Below are positions 20,309 through 29,714 of a stretch of DNA of 64,000 nucleotides, one piece after another. The DNA comes from Candidatus Woesebacteria bacterium. GTDB taxonomy: Bacteria; Patescibacteriota; Microgenomatia; UBA8517. Location: the NCBI GenBank assembly GCA_016432365.1, contig CP066686.1, positions 192,355 through 256,354 on the forward strand. The letters are read 5' to 3'. The translations under genes and the position numbers were made by a program. The number at the start of each line of letters is the position of its first letter. Positions within the stretch are counted from its first letter, which is position 1. The notes beneath the pieces were generated by a model. It saw only the letters and a list, made by a program, of their open reading frames with translations, was not told the origin of the DNA and searched no databases.

Positions 20309-21264
20309 ATTCCGGTGGCGGAAACTCCGCTATACAATACCCAATAGACCAGAATCACCCAAAGGCCAACAGCAATAATGAGTGCGCGATCAGACAGAAG
20401 AAGTTTTTCCGGAGTCTCGCTTTTACCCTCAAAAATTAAATATTCATACCTCATTATTCCAAAAATTGTTACGGGAATTGTCAACATTAATAGTTTGTTG
20501 ATAGTTGTGGTTCTGGAAAGCTCAGCAAGAACCAGCCAAAACGGAAGTGTTGCTTTTGGGCTTTCAAAAAAAGTGAAAAGGGCCCAACTCATCCAGGAGG
20601 CATTTCCAAACATGGTTACATACGAATTTAGCAAATCCTTTTTATAATTGCCCAAGCTTTTTCTTGTAAGAATATCGCTTTCCTGGGATAGATTAAGCTC
20701 GGCACGCCTTTTCCCCGAAGCCAGAAAGAGAGCCACAGAGATTACACATAGTAAGAACCAAACCGACAGGTGCGCATCGATTACGAAAGCCCCTGCGTAT
20801 ACACGCATGATAAACCCTGTAGCAATTATCAAAATGTCGAGTATTGCAATATTCTTAAGCCCCAAGCTATAAAATAATTGAAGTACGAGATACCCTAAAA
20901 TAGTAAAAAAGAAAAGTGAGTTCAAAGAAACGCTAACAAGGAGCGCCAAAATCCCAAGAAAAATAGCTTCAAAAAAAGCCAAGATAACGGGCACTGAGCC
21001 GGAGGCGACAGGACGGAATTTTTTGGTAGGATGAAGTCTGTCTCGTTTTGCATCGAGTATGTCATTAAAAACATAAGTGGCAGAAGTGGCAAAGTTAAAA
21101 GCAATAAAGGCAAAAAAAACTTCCCTGAAGGCCACTTTGTCAAAGAACATTCCGGTCAGAAATAGAGCTGCGAAAAGCCCCAGGTTTTTTAGCCAATGAA
21201 GGGGGCGCGCCAGCATGATAGCCGAAAGAACTAGATTGTCTTTTTGGGTCTGTAAGTAAGCCAT
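20305..21264 (-). CDS. UbiA family prenyltransferase (decaprenyl-phosphate phosphoribosyltransferase-like)
   Basis: RP.HWLKN, YVFNDILD..RDRLHP.K..RP.ASG and KRRAE motifs; true start may be 21216. Confidence 0.85.
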   Translation of the reverse strand: MAYLQTQKDNLVLSAIMLARPLHWLKNLGLFAALFLTGMFFDKVAFREVFFAFIAFNFATSATYVFNDILDAKRDRLHPTKKFRPVASGSVPVILAFFEAIFLGILALLVSVSLNSLFFFTILGYLVLQLFYSLGLKNIAILDILIIATGFIMRVYAGAFVIDAHLSVWFLLCVISVALFLASGKRRAELNLSQESDILTRKSLGNYKKDLLNSYVTMFGNASWMSWALFTFFESPKATLPFWLVLAELSRTTTINKLLMLTIPVTIFGIMRYEYLIFEGKSETPEKLLLSDRALIIAVGLWVILVYWVLYSGVSATGI

Positions 21265-22301
21265 ATTATTAATCCTCCAATTAGTGTCGCTACACCGATC
21301 ATTGTATATATCTTTTCTCCCGTATTCAAATTAAGAGCAGCAAAACCCAGTATGCCGGTAATTATCCAGTAAAAAACGGCAACTTGAGATTTACTCATTC
21401 CTGCGTCGAGCAGTTTGTGATGCAAATGTCCTCTGTCTCCCCAAACGGGAGACTTACCTGAAGCAATTCTTCTAATGATTGTATAGCCGGTATCAATTAA
21501 GGGGACCCCTAAAACTACCATTAATGCTCCAACTTTAGTTGTAGAAAGTATAGATAAGATTGCAAGAAGGTATCCAGCTAAAGTGCTTCCGCCGTAACCC
21601 GGCATGATTTTTTGAGGGAAAATATGCCAAGGCAGAAACCCTAAGTAAGATCCCGCCGTAATGGCTGCCAAAATTATGACCGGCCACTGGGTTATATCTG
21701 CCGAAAACTTCAAAGAAAGAAAGGCAATAGTTAAGGCACCAATTACAGTTACTCCGCTCATTTGACCGTCGACCCCCTTAGCCCCCATGTTTACAATGTT
21801 CATCAAAAAAGTTATCCAAAAAAGCGCAAAAAGGTCGCTCAAAATCCAGATGCTATGATTTCCAAAAAAAGTAAAATTTATTTGGGGCTGACTCAGGTTG
21901 ATTGTTCCCCCTAGGGGGTTACTAATAAAAGAAATTCCAATTCCGGCTATAATAGGGGACGCAGCGGCCGTAAAACCCAAAAGCAATCTCAGATATGGAT
22001 TAAGATTATATTTGTCGTCAAGAAAACCCATTAAGACCAAAATAGCGGCCCCAATCAGAATTCCGGCAATATGCTTATCTATTGGTAAAAAAAGCAGAGT
22101 GGAGATAATTAGTGCAATAAAAATCGGGATTCCTCCACCCCTGGGGACAGGATATGTATGAATGACTTTAGCGTGTTTGTTGAGTTTTGGGTCATCAATA
22201 ATACCCAACTTGCCGGCAAATTTGATGACAATGGGCGTTGCCAAAAAAGACAGAATGGCAGCCGTTATCCAAGGTACGAAGAAAAGATTGTTGATATTCA
22301 T
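21231..22301 (-). CDS. MraY/WecA (glycosyltransferase family 4) undecaprenyl-phosphate sugar-1-P transferase
   Basis: PRGGG, GFLDD, GVDG and DRGHLHH motifs. Confidence 0.88.
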   Translation of the reverse strand: MNINNLFFVPWITAAILSFLATPIVIKFAGKLGIIDDPKLNKHAKVIHTYPVPRGGGIPIFIALIISTLLFLPIDKHIAGILIGAAILVLMGFLDDKYNLNPYLRLLLGFTAAASPIIAGIGISFISNPLGGTINLSQPQINFTFFGNHSIWILSDLFALFWITFLMNIVNMGAKGVDGQMSGVTVIGALTIAFLSLKFSADITQWPVIILAAITAGSYLGFLPWHIFPQKIMPGYGGSTLAGYLLAILSILSTTKVGALMVVLGVPLIDTGYTIIRRIASGKSPVWGDRGHLHHKLLDAGMSKSQVAVFYWIITGILGFAALNLNTGEKIYTMIGVATLIGGLIIWLTYRPKKTI

Positions 22302-22307
22302 TACATG

Positions 22308-22670
22308 CTATCCGAAAAAACCTACTAAAAAAACTATTTTTAATATAGTGATTGTTATCAAAAGTGAAAAGAGAAAAGCTCCTGAAATCAAAATTTTTTT
22401 AGAAAAAACATCCTCAGTGATCAAAGCTAATCCTGAGTTGGTCAATGTTATTACAATTGAGACGATTGGAGCAAAGAACAGGTTTAAAACGGGTACCAAC
22501 TGTGATTCACCGAAGGGTCTCCCATAAAAAAGAGGAACGATTGGGGGGAGAATGTTTTTGAAAATAAATATAATGGCAATTGAGGAAAAACCGAGTCCAA
22601 GGGATGCGTAAAAGAAACCTCTGAAAGGAGTTTTGTGCCATGACGAGGCAATTTCCGTATTAGTAGACAT
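22308..22670 (-). CDS. Small membrane protein
   Basis: Three TM helices; LPP.VPLFY..PFGE.QL motif. Confidence 0.65.
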   Translation of the reverse strand: MSTNTEIASSWHKTPFRGFFYASLGLGFSSIAIIFIFKNILPPIVPLFYGRPFGESQLVPVLNLFFAPIVSIVITLTNSGLALITEDVFSKKILISGAFLFSLLITITILKIVFLVGFFG

Positions 22671-22691
22671 TGTATGGAGATTTTAACACAA

Positions 22692-24188
22692 CTAAGGTAG
22701 CAAGGAGTATATGTTTGCCCCATCTATCTGCTGAATGAGAATATATTTGTTGGTGATTAACGGCGCTAGTTCCGGATAGGTGTTCCCGGGAGTAAGAATA
22801 ATAAACTTTGGAGGATTAACCGAAACTTGTTTGGCGACTTCACTGCGGGAAGAAAAATCGCTTACATGATAAGGAACGACATATTTAATTGGAGGAAGCC
22901 TTCCGGCCAGGGCGTAGACCGCAGCCGAATCCGGGTCCCACATGAATACCCGGTCAGTTTTATGGCTCGATTGTGACAAGAACACGGCTATTTTGTAATT
23001 TCTATTTGTCGTAGAAGAAAATCCGGAAAAATATTGATCCTTACTTATTTTGTGAGTTGCGAAATTTATAAAGCGCGCGTAATAACTTGCGGTGGGGTAA
23101 AGGTAGAACTTATAAAATACAGGGACTGCAAACGCTACCATTAGAGGAATCACTACCAGAGATTGTTCAACACTTTTGTCAGTAAAAAACATAGCAAGAA
23201 GGAACGAAATCGGAGCCACGGCTTGTATAAAATAATGGGGATACGGACGTTCCGAAAGAGTTACTGCGAATAAAGCAAAGAGTGTCCATATTACGAATAA
23301 AATGAATTTTTTTGAAAGTTTTTTTCTAAACAACCATACAACAACAGAGCCAATTAAAACGACTAACGCCCTAGTCAAAAGCGGGGCATTTCTGACAATG
23401 AACGGTTTTTGAACATCTCCCGGTCTGAAACTGCTTAGGTATCCGACGTTTTGCAAATATGCCGCCTTTATATATTCTGGTAGGGATCCGGCAAAATAGT
23501 ACCAGATAAAAGTTAAAAGAATGGGTAGGGCAAACCCAAGAATAAGAATAATGGTGTTTTTGATTATATTTTTCCATTCCTTTTTAATGTCACCGGTTAT
23601 TAACCAGTAGGCAACGATTATCGGCGCGTCGAAGGCGGCAGGGATTTTAAAGAGTGTGCCAAGTCCCAAAAAGATTCCGGCAAGAAATACCCTTTTGGCT
23701 GTAAGTCCTCTTTCTAGCAGTATTAAAAAGGCAAGAATGGTAAAACCGATCATAAAAAGTTCGGAGTTAACGGTATTGCCCTCAAGAAGCGGAAGAGTAG
23801 TAAGTGCGGCAAAGATAATTGTAGAAATCTTTTGTGCTCCTTCATTTCTTTCGAAAAATGTTTTTGATAGCTTGTAAAACCAAACAGTGGAAACAATCAT
23901 CCAAAAGGCAAGAGCTACTTTAAACCAGAATAAGTTGTCGGTAACTGCGGCGGTTAAATAGAGAAGTGGGGGCTTATTGTCATGGACGTCTTTATATAGA
24001 GTAAGTCCTTGTCGAACCCCTTGTCCCATTGTCAGATACACCATTTCGTCACCGTAATAGTAAGGTTCAAAAAAGGAGGGAATTCTAAGAACTAAAATTA
24101 AAAACAACAAACCACAAAGCCAGTTTGGAATGTTTGGAAGATGTAGAACGTCGCCGATTTTGTGAAGTTTTTGCCAGGTGGATTTCAT
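22692..24188 (-). CDS. GT-C (ArnT/PMT-like) membrane glycosyltransferase
   Basis: DE..Y, LYKDVHDNKPPL and YPHYFIQ motifs; polytopic. Confidence 0.75.
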   Translation of the reverse strand: MKSTWQKLHKIGDVLHLPNIPNWLCGLLFLILVLRIPSFFEPYYYGDEMVYLTMGQGVRQGLTLYKDVHDNKPPLLYLTAAVTDNLFWFKVALAFWMIVSTVWFYKLSKTFFERNEGAQKISTIIFAALTTLPLLEGNTVNSELFMIGFTILAFLILLERGLTAKRVFLAGIFLGLGTLFKIPAAFDAPIIVAYWLITGDIKKEWKNIIKNTIILILGFALPILLTFIWYYFAGSLPEYIKAAYLQNVGYLSSFRPGDVQKPFIVRNAPLLTRALVVLIGSVVVWLFRKKLSKKFILFVIWTLFALFAVTLSERPYPHYFIQAVAPISFLLAMFFTDKSVEQSLVVIPLMVAFAVPVFYKFYLYPTASYYARFINFATHKISKDQYFSGFSSTTNRNYKIAVFLSQSSHKTDRVFMWDPDSAAVYALAGRLPPIKYVVPYHVSDFSSRSEVAKQVSVNPPKFIILTPGNTYPELAPLITNKYILIQQIDGANIYSLLP

Positions 24189-24213
24189 TCTGATTTGAGT
24201 ATACTATATTGAT

Positions 24214-25167
24214 ATGCAAAAAATCATAGTAACGGGTGGGGCGGGGTTCATTGGTTCCCATCTTTGCGATTCTCTTCTTGAGAACAATTACAAAGTAGTA
24301 TGTTTGGATAATCTTTTAACGGGATCTAAAAAAAATATAGAACACCTTCTTGATAACCCCAACTTTGAATTTGTTGATGGAGACGTTATTCAACAGTCAA
24401 CAGTTAACAGTCAACATTTCAGCGGTGTTTCCTATATATTTCACTTGGCTTCCCCCGCATCTCCGGTTGATTACCAAAGTTACCCGGAAGAAACACTTAT
24501 GGTCAATTCTTTGGGAACAATCAACATCTTAGAATTAGCAAAAAAAGAGCGAGCAAAGGTTCTCATTGCTTCTACATCAGAAGTTTACGGCGACCCCTTA
24601 GAACACCCGCAAAAAGAAACGTATTGGGGGAATTCAAACTCGTTTGGCCCACGTTCTTGCTACGACGAGAGTAAACGTTTTGCCGAATCGGCAACTTATG
24701 TTTATCTGCAGAAATATAATTTAGACGCAAGAGTGGTGAGAATTTTTAATACTTACGGACCAAGAATGCAGGTAAATGACGGACGGGTGATAAGCAACTT
24801 TATAAACCAGGCAATTAAAAATGAGCCGATAACTATCTACGGTGATGGCACACAAACACGCTCTTTTTGTTTTGTTAGCGACTTGGTCGAGGGTCTTATT
24901 AAAGCAATGTTTACCGAAGGAACAACCGGTGAAGTTTTTAACCTAGGAAACCCGGAAGAATATTCGATGAACGATCTGGCCAAAAAAATCAAGGAAATGA
25001 CAGATTCCGCATCTGACATAGTAAACAAAGAGCTTCCGCCGGATGACCCTAAGCAAAGAAGGCCGGACATAAGTAAGGCCGAACGGTATTTGAATTGGAA
25101 ACCCACAGTAAAGGTTAACGAAGGGCTTCAAAAAACGATTGACTACTATAAAAACCTGAGTATTTAA
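24214..25167 (+). CDS. UDP-glucuronate decarboxylase-like SDR
   Basis: TGGAGFIGSHL, HLASPASP, STSEVYG, YDESKR and RIFNTYGP motifs. Confidence 0.9.
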   Translation: MQKIIVTGGAGFIGSHLCDSLLENNYKVVCLDNLLTGSKKNIEHLLDNPNFEFVDGDVIQQSTVNSQHFSGVSYIFHLASPASPVDYQSYPEETLMVNSLGTINILELAKKERAKVLIASTSEVYGDPLEHPQKETYWGNSNSFGPRSCYDESKRFAESATYVYLQKYNLDARVVRIFNTYGPRMQVNDGRVISNFINQAIKNEPITIYGDGTQTRSFCFVSDLVEGLIKAMFTEGTTGEVFNLGNPEEYSMNDLAKKIKEMTDSASDIVNKELPPDDPKQRRPDISKAERYLNWKPTVKVNEGLQKTIDYYKNLSI

Positions 25168-25173
25168 CTAAAA

Positions 25174-25851
25174 ATGGATAGAGTTGCGAAAAATATTATC
25201 GATTCCTATAGCCAGGGTCCTGACGCCATTTATGCAGATTGGAAGGAGAGAGAGGCACTACCGCCTTACGAAGCCGTTGATATTTGGAGGGATGTTAGCA
25301 GGCTTTTTTTTAGAGACAAAAATGCCGACCTCATATTTTTGAGTCCGACATCTAATTTACCAACACACGAAGTTGCTATTTTTAAAGACGAAGTTCAAAG
25401 TAGAAAGGGTAGTACGATATTTTTGGTTGGTGATTTAGCCAATTTGAATCCAAAAGATGAGCTAGCACAAGTTGCAAACTTGCAAGACGATAAACAAAAG
25501 TTTATTTATTTCAAATGGGATGCCAGGAATCTTCCTGTAAAAAAAGGAACCGTCGATTCAATTTGGGATAGAAGAGGGTGGATATGGCACAGTGCCAATT
25601 TAGAAGATAATAGAGAAAAAGCAACATTGGATTCACTCATTAATTACAGGAAAATGCTCAAGAAGGGTGGAATAATCATATTAGATGCTGACTATGGAAT
25701 GAAAAGTGGACAAAGAGGTCATTCGACAGATTCTGTAGTTAGGACCAGGATAAGAGAAGATTTTTTTGAAAAGCCAGAAATCAAGAAAATGTTTGACAGT
25801 TATTACATAGGTGAAGACCAGAAACGTGTTTTAGTTTTGATAAAGAAATAG
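25174..25851 (+). CDS. Hypothetical protein, possibly degenerate class I SAM methyltransferase fold
   Basis: WDARNLP...VDSI and LKKGG.IILD motifs; no clear GxG motif I. Confidence 0.45.
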   Translation: MDRVAKNIIDSYSQGPDAIYADWKEREALPPYEAVDIWRDVSRLFFRDKNADLIFLSPTSNLPTHEVAIFKDEVQSRKGSTIFLVGDLANLNPKDELAQVANLQDDKQKFIYFKWDARNLPVKKGTVDSIWDRRGWIWHSANLEDNREKATLDSLINYRKMLKKGGIIILDADYGMKSGQRGHSTDSVVRTRIREDFFEKPEIKKMFDSYYIGEDQKRVLVLIKK

Positions 25852-25854
25852 CCA

Positions 25855-25954
25855 CACTTTTTCAGTTACCCTGTATTCTATCCTGCAGTTCATGAATTGC
25901 GAAAGAAGTCTTTCTTGAGCAACCGAATGAACTAAAGGATATAGTACAGAGTAA
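25855..25954. repeat. Long hairpin whose outer arm is a recoded copy of the GT2 gene 3' end
   Basis: ttaccctgtattctatcct (25866-84) pairs with aggatatagtacagagtaa (25936-54); minus strand 25881-25855 encodes IEYRVTEKV. Confidence 0.8.
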
Positions 25955-25961
25955 ATAACTT

Positions 25962-27452
25962 TCATACCTTCTCGGTTACTCTGTACTCTATGTATTTACC
26001 TAGCATTAGACGTGTGTGAGCATCGATGCCGGGTAGAGCGGAAAAGAAAAACCCAGCAATCGGCATTAATATAAATTCAAATGGTGTAAAAATTTGTCTC
26101 CAAACGGAAACTTCTTTGGGCCTTGCTGGTTTTTGGATGTTGTCGATTACAAGCATAATGACCAGGAAAACCAGAGAAATCGTAAGGATGAAAGAAGAGA
26201 GTTTGGGTACAGTGTAGCCCAGTGCTGTACGTCCAAAGGCAGGATTAAGAAGTGTTGGTAGCGTTAAACCGATTGTAATAATAAACCAGTTAACTGGCCA
26301 CAGAAAATGTGCCCAAATCACTTGGAATAGGCGGGTGGTTTTGTCCCAAAAAGGAACGTCGCGAGCCAACAAATAACTTTTTATAATCCATGGATCATCA
26401 CTTACTCCCCAGGCCCATCTTTGTATTTGCTGATATTGATTTTGCAAAGTTTTCCAAAATGAAGAAGATTGGGCCGCATCAGCCATTAGAGGCAAGTAAA
26501 TCGGTTCTACCTCGATTCCACCACCGCTTTTATAGAATGCTTTGAAGAATATTCCCCAGTCTTCAGGAATTTTATCAGGGTCCCAATAGCCCACAGAATC
26601 GAGGAGTTTAAATGAAAGTGAGTAATTTTGAGCGTTTATGAGTCTGTCGTGTCTTGGAAGAAGAGAGAGGTTCCAAATTGTCATCAAGGTATTTGGGACG
26701 CGTGTAATTGCGGGAATTTCCCATATATTGTTATAGAACATGACAGCAGGTTGCCAAAAAGTTTTGTACCGTTTGGGGTTATCCAAGAATTTGTAAGTTA
26801 AATTTGCAAAATGCTTAGGATGAAACTTGTGGTCTGCATCACAGCTGGTTACTGTTACATAGTTGAGGTCGATTTTGTTTCGGTCGATATAGTTTTTCTT
26901 TATCCAAATAGCCGCAAATCTTTCGTTACTGGCTTTCCCCGCAACCTCTCCCATCTCCAGTTCGTGGGTGGTTACAAATATATGATCGAAATATTTCCCA
27001 AATTTAGCTTTTAACTCTTTGCTTTTAGCGTTTCGCGATTCCCTCGTCTCTTTTCCTTCCATGGCAAAAACCGGGATTATATGTTTAGTCGGGAATTCCT
27101 GATCGGCAAGCGACTTGAGGGTTCTTTCCAAAATGTGAACCGGTTCGTTATATGTAGGAATTATTACGATATGCCGTACTCTTTCCCAGTCGGGGAACCC
27201 GCGAACATCTCCCATCCAGTCGTAAATCTTGGCCGACTGAATTTTGAGGTGTGAGACGATTGAGGAAATTGCAATCTGAAGTGATTGATAAAACCAATAA
27301 ATATTGAAAAAAAGTATAAAGTAGGCAACGACAACAGGAATAACCAGGATTCCCCAGTACGGGAAGAGGATAAGGTTCCAAGAGACCATTCCCGGCAAAA
27401 TTTCCAGCAACCTTAGGATACGTTTCTCATGACGAATGATAAAGTTACGCAT
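25962..27452 (-). CDS. Membrane GT2 family glycosyltransferase
   Basis: IPTYNE, GKASN, DAD, IPEDW and QIQRWAWG motifs; ATG at 27452. Confidence 0.85.
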   Translation of the reverse strand: MRNFIIRHEKRILRLLEILPGMVSWNLILFPYWGILVIPVVVAYFILFFNIYWFYQSLQIAISSIVSHLKIQSAKIYDWMGDVRGFPDWERVRHIVIIPTYNEPVHILERTLKSLADQEFPTKHIIPVFAMEGKETRESRNAKSKELKAKFGKYFDHIFVTTHELEMGEVAGKASNERFAAIWIKKNYIDRNKIDLNYVTVTSCDADHKFHPKHFANLTYKFLDNPKRYKTFWQPAVMFYNNIWEIPAITRVPNTLMTIWNLSLLPRHDRLINAQNYSLSFKLLDSVGYWDPDKIPEDWGIFFKAFYKSGGGIEVEPIYLPLMADAAQSSSFWKTLQNQYQQIQRWAWGVSDDPWIIKSYLLARDVPFWDKTTRLFQVIWAHFLWPVNWFIITIGLTLPTLLNPAFGRTALGYTVPKLSSFILTISLVFLVIMLVIDNIQKPARPKEVSVWRQIFTPFEFILMPIAGFFFSALPGIDAHTRLMLGKYIEYRVTEKV

Positions 27453-27453
27453 A

Positions 27454-27558
27454 TTACCTTTTCTTGCCCCGCAACCTATGCCCTTGCGACGCAAACGCGT
27501 AGCATTTGGGTGCAAGTAAGTATGGTGTGGGGTTGTGTTTGATTATGTAGTTCCTCAT
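27454..27558 (-). other. 34-codon uORF beginning with a copy of the GT2 N-terminus
   Basis: MRNYIIKHNPTPYLLAPKCYAFASQGHRLRGKKR*; directly follows the metG TAA and stops 1 nt before the GT2 ATG (MRNFIIRH). Confidence 0.6.
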
Positions 27559-29022
27559 TTATGGAAGGCGGGGGAATAGTGGTTTACCGGATTGTATTTT
27601 TGGACCTCGGAACTGATCCTCTATTTTTTGTGCTGTTTCTGGCATGAAAGGTAATAGATGATGGCAAATAACTAATAGTGAGGAGACAGAGATGGTTAGC
27701 ACTTCCTTAAGTCTCTCGCCGGAAAGTTTCCAGGGTTCGTTTTCATTAATATATTTATCGGTTTCAGCAACATTAACCCAAATTATTCTCAGCGCCTCAT
27801 CAAATTTGTATTCGTTCAAAGCTTTTTCTATCTCTTTATTGCCTTTTTCGTTGATTGATGTATCACTAGAGAATTCGAAGCCTGAATTTTCGCAAAGCTT
27901 GGCGCATCTGGCGACCAAATTACCAAGTCCATTTGCCAGGTCGGCATTGTAAGTTTCTTCAAATTTTTCTTTGGTAAAATCACTGTCTTCCGAAGGGCTA
28001 ATTTTTGCTAACAAATAATAGCGGAGCGCATCCGTTCCGTATTTTTCTACATAATCAAACGGGTTAACAACATTCCCTAAAGATTTACTCATCTTTTGTC
28101 CGTTACTTGTAATGAATCCATGAATAAATATTTGTCTTGATGGTGGAAGCCCTGCGGCGATTAACATTGCCTGCCACATTGAAGATTGTTGCCTTAGGTT
28201 GTCCTTACCTGCTACTTGAATGGCATTTGGTGAATCTTTCGTTCCCCAAAATTCTTCAAACTTAGATGGTTTACCCGCCGTAGCTTTAGCGGAGGTGGGC
28301 CACCCCAAGGCAGAAATATAATATGTTAGGGCGTCGAACCAAACGTACATAACTTGTTTAGAATCTTCCGGGACAGGAACTCCCCACGGCATTTTTTCTT
28401 TGATTCTACTTATACTAAAATCAGAAAGACCGGCTTCGACAAAGTTACGTATTTCTTTTTGTCGATGCTCTGGAACTACAAAATCAGGGAATCGATCGAA
28501 ATGTTTTAGCAACTTGCCTTGAAGCCTTGAAAATTTAAAGAAATAATTTTCCTCCTCGATTAGTTCGATATCTTTATTTGGATGGAGCGGGCATTTGCCA
28601 TCAACCAAATCGGAATCGGTTTTTTCCAATTCGCAACCCACACAATATTTGGCCTTATAAATTCCTTTTTCTATAAACCCGGCCGCATCAACCCGCTTCC
28701 ACATCTCTTGAGCAGCCTTTATGTGTTCTGGGTTTGTCGAGCGCCAAAAACTATTGTACGAAAGATTCAAGCCCTTTCTTAAATTATCAAACTTAGCAGC
28801 ATACTCATCGACATATGTTTGGGGTTCTTTTCCTTCTTCAAGCGCCTTTTCGTAAATTTTTTTGCCATGTTCGTCTGTTCCTGTATTAAAAAAGACCTCA
28901 TCTCCCAATTGCGCGTGGTAGCGTGCAAGAACGTCTGCCTGAATTATTTCCAATGCAAATCCAATATGGGGGTCACTGTTCACATAAGGAGCCGTGGTTG
29001 TTATGTAATATTTCCTGGCCAT
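27559..29022 (-). CDS. metG: Methionyl-tRNA synthetase
   Basis: YVNSDPHIG, TGTDEHG, YVWFDAL and KMSKSLGN motifs. Confidence 0.95.
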   Translation of the reverse strand: MARKYYITTTAPYVNSDPHIGFALEIIQADVLARYHAQLGDEVFFNTGTDEHGKKIYEKALEEGKEPQTYVDEYAAKFDNLRKGLNLSYNSFWRSTNPEHIKAAQEMWKRVDAAGFIEKGIYKAKYCVGCELEKTDSDLVDGKCPLHPNKDIELIEEENYFFKFSRLQGKLLKHFDRFPDFVVPEHRQKEIRNFVEAGLSDFSISRIKEKMPWGVPVPEDSKQVMYVWFDALTYYISALGWPTSAKATAGKPSKFEEFWGTKDSPNAIQVAGKDNLRQQSSMWQAMLIAAGLPPSRQIFIHGFITSNGQKMSKSLGNVVNPFDYVEKYGTDALRYYLLAKISPSEDSDFTKEKFEETYNADLANGLGNLVARCAKLCENSGFEFSSDTSINEKGNKEIEKALNEYKFDEALRIIWVNVAETDKYINENEPWKLSGERLKEVLTISVSSLLVICHHLLPFMPETAQKIEDQFRGPKIQSGKPLFPRLP

Positions 29023-29081
29023 ACTCGTATTTTAGTCTATTTAAAACAAAAATACCTCTTGTTGATAAATGTCCAGAGCAG

Positions 29082-29321
29082 TTACGGGGTTTTAGCCTCT
29101 AACTCTTGAAGATTTGCAGCCGACTTCCATTCTAGCGATTTTAATTCGGCTTGCCCTTGTTTACCATGAGCAAAGCCTAAGGTTACTAGGCCGCTCATTA
29201 CACTTTCCCATTTTTGGACATCATCGCCTTCTAAATAGCTTATGGTGCCATCCTCGTGCTCAATGATGACCCTTTTTGTGACAGGTCCTTCGTTTTCTTT
29301 AGTTTGACTTCTTTCTGGCAT
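29082..29321 (-). CDS. Small hypothetical protein
   Basis: ORF with a TAGAAT -10 box upstream; no recognisable motif. Confidence 0.45.
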   Translation of the reverse strand: MPERSQTKENEGPVTKRVIIEHEDGTISYLEGDDVQKWESVMSGLVTLGFAHGKQGQAELKSLEWKSAANLQELEAKTP

Positions 29322-29378
29322 AATATGGCCGATTCTAAATGATTTTAGGAAAAACGTCAATCTTGTTGCACCCCAATT

Positions 29379-29714
29379 TCACTTTTTCTTCGTAAATCTT
29401 TTAATTTTTTCACTCCAGACATTTGCCCATTCTTCTGCCTCGATTTTTTTGAGGGCGAGTTTGATGCCCTCTTTTTTGAGAGATTTTTCGGCTTCCGTTA
29501 TTTCTTTCGAAGTTGCTGATAGGTTTCTTTTTATGTTTTCTTGGTCACGACCCTTTTTTAGCCAGTAAGCGATGGATATTCTTTTTATATATTTTTCAAG
29601 CTCATCCTCATCAAAAAAGTCGGTCAGGAAGCTTTCCACTTCTTTTGGATCCTTCAGGTCGTCGATCATTTGTGCAAATGTTTTGAGGAGTTGACGTTTC
29701 AGGGAGGGGTTCAT
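29379..29714 (-). CDS. TrpR/YerC-like helix-turn-helix protein
   Basis: FL.D....E.....KR..IA.WL.KG.....I...L pattern. Confidence 0.7.
   Translation of the reverse strand: MNPSLKRQLLKTFAQMIDDLKDPKEVESFLTDFFDEDELEKYIKRISIAYWLKKGRDQENIKRNLSATSKEITEAEKSLKKEGIKLALKKIEAEEWANVWSEKIKRFTKKK

Noticed and set aside
25885-25960. Group I intron (AAGGATATAGTAC resembles the S element)
   Set aside because: Far too short for a catalytic core, and the motif is explained as a hairpin arm.
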